DNA from: Octopus sinensis
Taxonomy: Eukaryota
Assembly (NCBI RefSeq): GCF_006345805.1
Contig: NC_043021.1
Location: 12,524,001 to 12,588,000, forward strand
DNA: 64,000 nucleotides
Direction of reading: 5' to 3'
Positions 1-10,292 of this stretch are shown here, piece by piece. The position numbers and the translations under genes were made by a program. Numbering within the stretch: the stretch's first letter is position 1; each line of letters opens with the position of its first letter. The notes below the pieces were generated by a model. That model had not been told where the DNA came from and made no database searches. It saw nothing but the letters and a program-made list of their open reading frames with translations.

Positions 1-137
1 TTTTTCTCTCAGACGGTGCCCAATTGACCCTACTATACTGTGTAGTTGGCAAAATCAAAAGCAAACAATGCACATGCTTGAAATTAAAGATATAAAATAG
101 CAATAATTTACCCATTGCACTATGTGTCTATATATAT

Positions 138-386
138 ATACAAAATGAGAAAATGGAGAAATATATCTAAATCAATCATCAACCATCAGATAATACCCAA
201 TCAATACTTTATTAAACCATTACACAATAGCAATGATATTATACATTAATATGTCTTGTTATATTTGTACTATATTAATGTATAATATCATTGCTATTGT
301 GTAATGGTTTAATAAAGTATTGATTGGGTATTATCTGATGGTTGATGATTGATTTAGATATATTTCTCCATTTTCTCATTTTGTAT
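138..386. repeat. Perfect fold-back, 115-bp arms, 19-bp loop
   Basis: 138-252 is the exact reverse complement of 272-386. Confidence 0.95.
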
Positions 387-1053
387 TATTAATTTATGGT
401 AAAAATAATTTTACCTTTGCCCACATAATACAGTAGATGAATTAATTGCATCGCAATTTTTAACATTTATGTATTAGCTTTGTTGGGTACTTCTCTAGCA
501 GTATATTGGACATATGTTATCCCATGGAGGGTTGAATTTACAACCCCTATCTCATTTTATATATATATATATATGTGTGTCAGCTTTTCTCCATTTTGAT
601 GGAGATTTTTCAAATTTGCTTTTCACAACACTCTTGCAAATGATGGGAGGAAACTTTTTATGAAAGACATTTTTGAAAATTTATGAGTTATTTCAAACAT
701 CCTCTCCAAGTCAGTACCAATTTTGACTAGTGTTTATTAATTTTTTTTTTCTTTGCACTATTCACTTAAAAACAATGGGAGAAGTCTTCAAGGTTAAAAA
801 GAAGAATTTTGTAAATCAGAGATTACCATTATAATCTCTCTACTTCCTTTATTTTCAAACAGAAAATGAAACGTAAATTTAAAAACAATAATGAAATTTT
901 TTTAGTTTTTTTCATTCATCTCCATCCCCACCAGACATCCTAAAATTTTAGCTTTTCTTCGACATCCAACTTATGTGGGTGTACTATTCCAAAAGCCCAT
1001 AAGGCAATTCTATTGTGAAAATTACCCACCAACAACATGATACTCAGCTAGTA

Positions 1054-1087
<34 letters not shown>

Positions 1088-2106
1088 CATGGCCACAGCT
1101 CGTGAGCTGAAACTAGATAAAATGATAAGATGAAATATATATATATATATATATATTTATAATAAGTGTAGGTCGTATACGAGTGGGTATATATTTATAA
1201 AAAAGAAGTTTGAAAACACCACTATATAAGATATATATACACACACACCCATGTAAGCATGGAAAGTGGACATTAAAAGATGATGATGATGATGATGATG
1301 ATGATACACATACACAACAGGTCTCTTTCCGTTTCTGTTTACCAAATCCACTCACAAGGTTTTGGTCAAGTTGGCACTATAGTAGGGGACACTTGCCAAA
1401 GGTACCATACAGTGGAAGTGAACCTGAAACCTTGTGGTTGGGAAGCAAATTTCTTAACCACACAGCCGCGCCTGTGCCTATCCAAACTTAATAAGATGAA
1501 AATTAAAGTCATCTAAGATAATGCCAATCAAATAGATGTATGATCATAGACGTTCCATCCATGACCATTCTGTCATCATTTATTCAGACATGGTATACAT
1601 TTTATATAAGAGTATATATGAGTTAATATCTCTTTCCATCTTTAGGATGATTTAGCTGCTATTTCTAGAAGACCCTCCAGTTGTCACTTGTTTAGACCCA
1701 GATAACACCCGACTGAGCAGATCTATTAACAGAAGTATTCCAAATGTGACCATCTCGACTTTTTGAATAGGCAGGATAACATTATCTAGCCTGTCATTTA
1801 ACAGAGAGAGCGGGGAGAGAAGTGTGTAGTACATGGGTTGAGGGAGATTTAACTACTGTGTCGGGCCGTTCCTTCTACGAGGTACAAACGAAGAAGATTA
1901 TCTCGTTGACATGTTTAGTTTAGAGGCCAGACTCATATTAAGTCCAAAAGATGGAAATGATTCGATGTTTCCCACCGATTATCCAACTCTCCTACATTTT
2001 ATTATTCAAAGATACCCGAGATTAATAAATAAAGGAAGAATTCAGACAAAGAAAGAAAGAAAGAAAATAACAACGAAAATAATCTACATTTATGTATGTC
2101 ACTTAC

Positions 2107-2206
2107 CTGGAGGAATGTCTTGGATAAGAAACACATTGCAAAATTTCGAATTTGTGTAGCTTATTCCATAGCGTCGTGAAATACAACTAAATTGTTTCTA
2201 GTTATT
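2107..2206 (-). other. Orphan exon candidate (100 nt) of an unidentified leftward transcript, likely 5' UTR or start exon
   Basis: About 25-nt pyrimidine tract plus TAG acceptor; CCAG|GTAAGT donor; no through frame. Confidence 0.55.
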
Positions 2207-3061
2207 CTAGTAAGAAAAAGAAGAAGAAAAAAAAGACAGTGGATTATGCTTCACTTTAGAAAAAATGCAGCGAAATGCCATTACTTGCGTGAAAATTACA
2301 AAAGAAAAAAAAAATTTGAAAATTAAGTATTCAAAATTTTGGGGAGAGAAACCATTCTTATCCAAGCTTCTCTTCTGGTGTCTCCTTCACAAACAAACCA
2401 CGCAAAACAGAGAGAGAAAAAGGAAAGACAGCAATATTTATCAGCACTTTTACAATAAAGATTACTTTAAAATCAATAATGTATTGTTCTTCTTATTATT
2501 ATTATCGTTATATCAATTTTTTTTTTCATTCTTCGTTCGTAAATTCATCGTTTTCGAAAAGACACACACTATTCTGTGCCGTCTAAATGAAGTTCATTTT
2601 CACAACCTTACCTTCTCAAATCGTATCCTAACACTTTCAAGCAGGCAAGGCCATACTACTAAAAATATATATGTGTATACAGAAAGACGGGATGATCAAG
2701 GCTGGAACGGCCTCGATCATATGGTCAACACAATCTGGGGCCAGCCCAGGGCTAAACAACAACTGCCAACACTCTTATGTCTGTAAGTCTTGGCGTCTGT
2801 GTTTGTATGAATGAATGAATGTGTGTGTCAAAACAGAAATATGTCGAGCGTGTTGACCAAATATTAAACATACCCACACACAAATCACGAAATCGTTTCA
2901 TTTAAATGTTGTTTATATATATATATACTCATGTGATTGCTTATACACACTCGTACATACATAAATACACATGATAGGCATAAATGTACGTATATACATA
3001 CATAACCACATACGTACAAACATATATACATACATAATATACAAATGTGTGTGTATGTATG

Positions 3062-3096
<35 letters not shown>

Positions 3097-3450
3097 ATAT
3101 ATATCGTTGATCAAGGAAAAAGATATACACCTTTTTTTTATATGTAATATTGCGATGGTGAATTAATCGAAGCAAGAATAACTTAAATAGTGTTTGACAT
3201 CTATATTCTCCTTTTAAGGTCTGGTGTAATTAAATAAATGCGATACGAACAAAAGAAAGGCAAAATGAAATAAAATAAATAACACAATGGACTTCCTGAA
3301 CGATTCCAGCAACATTAGTGAAACCAAAACTGCTTGTTATTGTTATTAAGGAAACTGTGACTGTGTATGTATGTACGAGAGAGAGGGTGGCAGGAGTTAG
3401 TCTGATGCCATGACGAAGCAAAAACCAAGCTTGGACCATTTTGTACATAC

Positions 3451-3504
3451 CTGGAATACCGCGTATCTATTCTAATAACAAGTTGCACTAAGCAAGGACG
3501 AAAT
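3451..3504 (-). other. Orphan internal exon candidate (54 nt) of an unidentified leftward transcript
   Basis: TCTTCTTTCTTTCGTCGTTCTCCTTGCAATCCCAG acceptor; CCAG|GTATGT donor. Confidence 0.5.
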
Positions 3505-4551
3505 CTGGGATTGCAAGGAGAACGACGAAAGAAAGAAGATAATTAATGATGATGATAATTAGTGTCACTGAAATTGTTCTTGAATAATAAGTGTTTGACT
3601 TTAGATTGCGATGCAAGGTTTTCTTACTGTCATCGTACGGGGATAATCAAGTACGCAGGGCTTGGATTACGATAAATACCAATAAATATATGAATGAATG
3701 AATGGATGGATGGATGAATAAATAAATAAATAAATAAATACAGAAATAAATAAATAAAATTCGGTTTTAAAAATGGAATCGTATGAATTAGTTGGAAATT
3801 ACAACTAACAACGCATATAGATCGAAATAAGATGTCGTTATTTTTGTTCGAGCGGAAAAATTAGGCATTCAATAATAATGCTAATGATACTTTTTAATAA
3901 TAAAACTTACAGTTTTTGTAGAACATTGAGAAATCTGAAAAAAAATTCTTTGACGACACAAGATCACATCCGAGCTATCAGTGGTGGCTCAGAGTCAGGT
4001 GAAATATATTTACGACTATACATAAAAAAAAAAAATATATTACAATACAAAAGATTTCCCGAAATTTGAAATAATTTTTTTTAGAAATCAGGAATGTTTT
4101 TTTTTTTCATTTTATCTGTCGAGCTTTACATATATTTTTTTAACCTTTCTATCTAATAAAGAACGTTCCCAGTCGGAATTCGTTGCGTTATGGTAGTTGC
4201 TAGGAGACATAACGCCCAGGATAAAACAAGGGAGATAACCACATGGGGCCTTGGAGTGTTTGTTTATTTTTTTTTTTTACTATCAATTAAAGAAATATAT
4301 GTTTTATCACTTGAATGGACGCATTGATCCGGAAACTTAAAGTAACGGTATGAGGAATCGTTGACTTGGAACGAATAAATAAAAGTGCGTTAACTATTCT
4401 GACACACGTTCGAAAATCCAAATGTGTATGTATGTATATGTATATATATATATATATATGTATATGTATATATATATTATATATATATATATTATATATA
4501 TATATCTATATATATATATATATATATAATATATATATATATATATTATAT

Positions 4552-4594
<43 letters not shown>

Positions 4595-4936
4595 ATATAT
4601 ATATATATATTATATATATATGTGTGTGTATATATATATATAATATATATATATATAATATATATATGGTGAACGTTTGTGTTAACAAATGTGGAAATAT
4701 ATATATATATACACACATATGAAAGAATGTATATATCTGTACATATACATGTTTATATCTATCGATATATATATATATATATATATTTAAGTAGGTGAAT
4801 GAATTATCCTAGTATGGATAATTCGGTTAATCGATACCTGAGTAGCAAATTCACGTCAGTAAAACACGGTTGAAGCCACATGCCAAGGGCAGAACCCCGT
4901 GTTTGTGTGTGGAAATTTGTGTGTTTTTTTATATGA

Positions 4937-5260
4937 ATAAATGAAAAGAATGGAGTTGAACGAAGATTTTAACAAAATTCCTTTACTTTCGACATATGTT
5001 TCGAAGACTGCATACTCTTAATTCTGAAGGAATGAAGGTTGCATTATGCCATCTTCTCATCAGGAAATACAAGGAACCTCTATCAGCCTCAAGACGGACA
5101 AAAGCTTCTTAATAACTGCCTACATGATTTCCACAGTAATAAATACGGCATAATGCAACCTTCATTCCTTCAGAATTAAGAGTATGCAGTCTTCGAAACA
5201 TATATCGAAAGTAAAGGAATTTTGTTAAAATCTTCGTTCAACTCCATTCTTTTCATTTAT
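4937..5260. repeat. Fold-back, 114-bp arms (1 mismatch), 96-bp loop
   Basis: 4937-5050 vs 5147-5260. Confidence 0.93.
4987..5067 (-). ncRNA. Type-I hammerhead ribozyme, canonical core, long stem II
   Basis: Minus strand UUUC-CUGAUGA-GAAGA...UCUUC-GAA-ACAUAUGU-C-GAAA; palindromic stem III; GUC site between 4991 and 4990. Confidence 0.72.
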
Positions 5261-5388
5261 ATATATATATAATAATATTATATTAAATTAGAGACAAAAC
5301 CACTATTATGCAAATCAAACAAAGAAAGACTTAAGCCAATACATAAAATATAAAATAATTTATATAAATTAAAATTTAACAAATGAAT

Positions 5389-5440
5389 AACCACTACGAT
5401 CGTTTCGTGTCAGCACATCTTAGACATTCTTCAGGTGGTT
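5389..5440 (-). ncRNA. Minimal type-I hammerhead ribozyme, canonical core with A.C at the first stem II pair
   Basis: Minus strand AACCAC-CUGAAGA-A-UGUC(11 nt)GACA-C-GAA-ACGAUCGU-A-GUGGUU. Confidence 0.68.
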
Positions 5441-5519
5441 TCTAAACCTTCTTAGCGAGTTATAAACTATGAAGTCATATATATATATCAAAAGTCAATG
5501 GAAATTGTAGTTGTGATCC

Positions 5520-5772
5520 CTGTGCCGGTAGCACGTAAAAAGCACCAATCTGATTGTGGCCGTTCCCAGCTTCACCTGGCATCTGTGCCAGTGGCATGTA
5601 AAAAGCACCCACTACACTCATGGAGTGGTTGGCGTTAGGAAGGGCATCAGCTGTAGAAACACTGCCAGATCAGAATGGAGCCTGGTGCAGCCTTCTGGCT
5701 TCCCAGATCCTGGTTGAACCGTCCAACCCATGCTAGTATGGAGAATGGACGTTAAACGATGATGATGATGAT
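5520..5772 (+). mobile_element. SINE/LINE 3' tail family ending CCATGCTAGCATGG..GGACGTTAAACGATGATGAT (many copies, e.g. 11145-11410 -, 32390-32630 -, 58370-58550 +)
   Basis: Recurrent GGAAGGGCATCCAGCTGTAGAAAC core and (GAT)n tail. Confidence 0.8.
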
Positions 5773-6435
5773 TTATATTAAGAATGTATATATCTGTACA
5801 TATATGTGTCTATATCTATCTATCTATCTATCTGTCTGTCTATATATATATATATGGACTCATGTGCATGGGGGGGTGGGGTGCGTAGGTGCATGCATGC
5901 ATGCATATGTATGTGTATGTTGGGTTGTGTTTAAGCACAGAGATGGATGTTATCAGGTTGGCAACTTGATTCATTGAACAAGATGAATTTTTTATGATTT
6001 TAGATCCTTTTACAGAAGATTCTATTATGTTTGAATTCCTTGAATGCCATAATTCTCAGTGAATCACCATTCCCAGACATTCTGAAGATTGTCAGCAATG
6101 TTTTTGTTTTTTTTATAGCAATTTCCTAATATAGTAAATTCACGTGACTGTATTTATTTTAGTTACTAATGGAACCAAACAAAGCTTGGTACTGCCACCT
6201 CTAACATATTGGTTTCAAACTTTGGCACAAGGGCAGCAATTTCAGGGATGGGGCTCAATCGATTAGATCAAGCCCAGTGCTCAACTGGTAGGATGAAAGG
6301 CAAAGTCAACCTCAGCAGCACTTGAACTCAGAACATAAAGACAGGCAAAATGTCGTTAAACATTTTGTCTGGCATGATAATGATTCTACCAGTTCATTGC
6401 CTTAATAATAATAATCCTTTCTACTACAGGTACAA

Positions 6436-7175
6436 GGATTAGAATTGAAGGGCCTTAGAGTCAACCTAGCTAAAACCAAAGTCTTAATAAGTAAGAAGGC
6501 AGACAAACCACAAATCCCTTCAGGTAGATGGCCCTGCTCGATCTGTAGAAAAGGCGTTGGTAGAAACTCTATAAGATGTACCCAGTGTAAGCTATGGACA
6601 CATAAGAGGTGCAGTAATGTCAAAGGAAGGCTAACTGGGAAGATAGTTTTTGTATGCAGATGCTCAGGAGCAATAAACACTGAAAATGCGCAGAGAACAA
6701 CTTCCGTCACATTCCAGGGAGAAAAACTACAAGTAGTTGATAGCTTCCGTTACCTAGGTGACCAAGTCAGTAGCTGGGGTGGATGTTTAGAAAGTGTAGC
6801 TGCTAGAATAAGAATAACCTGAGCAAAGTTCAGAGAGCTCCTACCTCTGCTGGTGACAAAGGGCCTCTCACTTAGAGTAAAAGATAAACTGTATGATGCA
6901 TGTGTACGAACAGCCATGCTACATGGCAGTGAAACATGGGCTGCGACTGCTGGGGACATGTGTAAGCTTGCAAGGAATGGAACCAGTATGCTCCACTGGA
7001 TGTGTAATGTCAGTGTGCATACACAACAGTAAGCGCCCTGAGAGAAAAGTTGGACATAAGAAGTATCAGATGTGATGTGCAAGAGAGACGACTGCGCTGG
7101 TATGGTCACATGTTGCGAATGGATGAGGACAGCTGTGTGAAAAAATGTCACACCCTAGCAGTTGAGAGAACCTGT
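6436..7175 (+). mobile_element. RTE-clade LINE 3' fragment (RT end with PHD-like Cys/His insert), disrupted
   Basis: GLRVNLAKTKV..CSICRKG..CTQC..HKRC..FRYLG..YDACVRTAMLHGSETW..RLRWYGH; contains stops and frameshifts. Confidence 0.88.
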
Positions 7176-8296
7176 GACTTACATCAATCCAATGTTGCCA
7201 TACACAACACAGACTTCCATCCTTCCTTCTTTGAATTCTTAACTTCTGAAGGAGTCATAAAGATGTCATTGTGATGTACAGCATGTCTTGGGCATCTAAG
7301 CTTGGTGGCATCCATCTTTCTCTAGGTTTGGCCACAGCTGATTTCATTCACAGAGAGAAAAAATAAATTGACCACACTCTCGTACTTCATTTAAAGTCTC
7401 CACTCCTGGTACTTTGTTTATTAACCCCCAATAAAAATGAAAGCAAAGTTGACTTAAGTAGCGTTTGAACCCAACATGTCAGATAGAATACCTTAGGGTA
7501 CTCGCTCTGATGATTCTGCCAATTTGCTACCTTGCTTCACAGATGACCCATACACTTTACAACACCAAGGCCCACAGATATGCTGTTTCCTCTTTCTATC
7601 TCTTCTATAGCTCCTGTAATGGCTTGTACTCATCTGAACAGCATAGCTCCATTCACTTTTCACTCAAACCTACATGATGTACTCACAATCTCCTCGTGTG
7701 ATCCTCAAAATATTTTGTTTAACAGAGCCTGGTGCAGCCCCTGAACCCGGAACCATGTGGTTGGGAAGCAAATTACTTACCACACAGCCACACCTCCGCC
7801 ATAGTATAAAATTTTTCTTGAATCCCTGCTTCTTCGCTCCTAACAATTTAATAATACTGAAGAATTCAAGGAATTCGAGAAACAGATCTTAGTAACAGTG
7901 ACAATTTCTGGTGATAACGCCCAAATTGTTTTAGAGTAAAGTTGCAAATGTTTTTTTTTATTTATTTTAAATTTCTGTTTAGAATTTGTTGATCTACGGA
8001 CATGATGGTGAGCTAAATAATTCTGCTGATGAATTAATTGTTAAATTTATATCACCAGGTTGGTTTATTTATTTCGTATCTTGATATTAATTTACTGACT
8101 GAGAGGGAGGGGCGTGCATAGAGAGAGAGGGGAGAAATGCGTTTAAATGTACACTTTATATATATATATATAGACAGAGAGAGAGAGAGAGGAAGATAAA
8201 TAAACTGATAGATTGGGAGAAAGAGAGAGTAAATGTATCTCTAAATGTGTGAAACTGATGAGAACTAAATTTATTAAAATTACCATCTTTCATCTA

Positions 8297-8329
<33 letters not shown>

Positions 8330-8336
8330 ATATATA

Positions 8337-8608
8337 GGCGCAGGAGTGGCTGTGTGGTAAGTAGCTTGCTTACCAACCACATGGTTCTGAGTTCAGTCCT
8401 ACTCTGTGGCACCTTGGGCATATGTCCTCTACTATAGCCTCGGGCTGACCAAAGCCTTTTGAGTGGATTTGGTAGACGGAAACTGAAAGAAGCCTATCGG
8501 TTCGGCAAAAGAGATCCGATAGAATTAGTACTAGGCTTACAAAGAATAAGTCCCGGGGTCAATTTGTTTCAGTGCTCCAGCATGGTCGCAGCCAAATAAC
8601 TGAAACAT
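8337..8608 (+). mobile_element. tRNA-head SINE family A (representative; others at about 12781-13140 +, 21230-21710 -, 31690-32060 -, 40345-40715 +, 55278-55600 +)
   Basis: GGCGCAGGAGTGGCTGTGTGGTAAG..GGTTC..GTCC A/B-box-like head; many dispersed copies. Confidence 0.85.
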
Positions 8609-9129
8609 ATAAAAAGATAAAAAGGATACATACATACATACATATATATCATTTTGCCATGATAGATCACCAGCCACTACACATTCTTTATTTTCTCTCC
8701 TTGTTCCTTTCTGTGGAAGAGCGTAAGCTCGAAATGTTACAGACTTTTTCACTTCCCGAGTGTTATACTAATACATCTGTTTGTTGTCTACACCACCTGT
8801 CTTTGTCTTTTTTTTTTTTTTTTTTTGTGAATTTTCCCTATATATATATATATATAATTGGAATGAATAAATAAAATTGAATATTAAGTATTTATGGAAT
8901 TTTAATTTACTGTTGGGTAACTTTTGGCTAAGCCTGTATGTATGTATGTATGTATGTATGTATGTATGTATGTATGCATGTATGGGTGTGTGTATATATG
9001 TATGTATGTATGCATATATGTATGCATGCATGCATGTATCTATCCATCTATATATATATATGTTATGTTATATATATATCTTTGGTAAAACATAAATCCA
9101 AAACAGAGGCACACTCTTATATATATATA

Positions 9130-9582
9130 AGCGTTCCCGGAAAATATGGCCTCATGGAGCTAATAAGCGATCAGCTTTATTCTTATTTTTATAAGAATGC
9201 CATATTAGTATGGCGATAACTAATATTTTCCGGGAACGCTGCCGTTGTTCTCTTTTAGAGAGACTTAGTAATTTTAATATTTCTATTATTGAAAACAAGT
9301 GGATGTATTCCACCGAAGCTAGGTAAATAAAACCTTTGAACAGAGATTGTCGGAAGCGACACCTACTGGTTTGGCTACGCTGCATTGAAAAGGGGCAATA
9401 CCCCGAAACGCGTCTGTAGCTGCCGGCCAAGTAGTGTGGAGCGACTGACCTCCCTTGTTCAAAGGTTATATGGATACAGTTTGTGTATCAAATAGCTAAC
9501 TTAAGGCGATGGCCTCATGGAGCTAATAAGCGGTCAGCTTTATTCTTATTTTTATAAGAATGCCATATTAGTATGGCGATAA

Positions 9583-9588
<6 letters not shown>
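9130..9588 (+). mobile_element. (TA)n-embedded Penelope-pLTR/retrozyme-like element with 80-bp terminal redundancy
   Basis: 9146-9225 is repeated at 9509-9588 (1 mismatch, period 363 bp); 17-bp inverted segment 9130-9146 vs 9224-9240; one hammerhead inside; TA runs on both sides. Confidence 0.55.
9379..9420 (+). ncRNA. Minimal type-I hammerhead ribozyme, U3:A8 core variant
   Basis: GCUGCA-UUGAAAA-GGGG(CAAUA)CCCC-GAA-ACGCGU-C-UGUAGC: 6-bp stem I, 4-bp stem II, palindromic stem III, GUC cleavage after 9414. Confidence 0.75.
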
Positions 9589-9670
<82 letters not shown>

Positions 9671-9834
9671 CATATATATAACTATATATCTATATATATA
9701 TATTCATTTGGCTATTCCAGAAGTCTGGCAGAGATGGGCTCCATTAGGGACCTGTGAAACTTGGAGTAGCATGGAAACCAAATCAAACTTTTAGATAATA
9801 TACATATATATGTATGTATGTATGTATGTATGTT

Positions 9835-10292
9835 GGACTGAAGACCTTATTAGAATGAAGGATAGCAGGATCCCTAAGTAGATGCTATAGGGGAACTTGT
9901 GAATAGAGAGAGACCCCGGCAGAATCTAAGGCTGCAATTTAAGGACTGTGTCAAGTTCCTCATTAAAAGCCTGTGATATGCAGGAGACTGACTGGGAGAG
10001 CAAGGCCTGTCATCGCCACAGATGGAGGAAGCAGGTTAAGGAGGGGGTCGACACTTTTGAGAGAGCACATATTCTGCATGATGAATTTAAGCAAACTGCT
10101 CGAAAGCACACTGCTGGTGTAGTGAATGGGGAAAGCTTAGTTTGCAATGTTTGCAGTCGTGTATGCTTGTCAAGAGCAGGGCTCATTAGCCACCAAGGGA
10201 ACTGCAAATGCAAAATATAAGTTAGTCCTAGAGAACACAATATTCCCAAAGATCAACAATGGTCTTCCTCAGTCACGAGTGGATGGCCATCA
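9835..10292 (+). mobile_element. RTE (BovB-like) LINE 3' end with C-terminal C2H2 finger, inserted in (TATG)n
   Basis: RMKDSRIPK..LKAC..W...RWR...G...CNVCSRVCLSRAGLISH; TATG runs on both sides. Confidence 0.82.

Noticed and set aside
2265-2786. 173-aa + strand ORF
   Set aside because: AT-rich low-complexity translation overlapping a repeat; no recognisable domain.
8337-8410. tRNA-like A/B boxes (also at 20105, 37845 and others)
   Set aside because: These are SINE heads; there is no full cloverleaf, and they continue into SINE bodies.
8705-8745. Hammerhead-like CTG-TGGAA-GAGC(GTAA)GCTC-GAAATGTTA-CAGA
   Set aside because: The core does not fit CUGANGA or UUGANAA, and the stem III palindrome is broken; at most a decayed or atypical pLTR motif (related tail at about 27044-27125).
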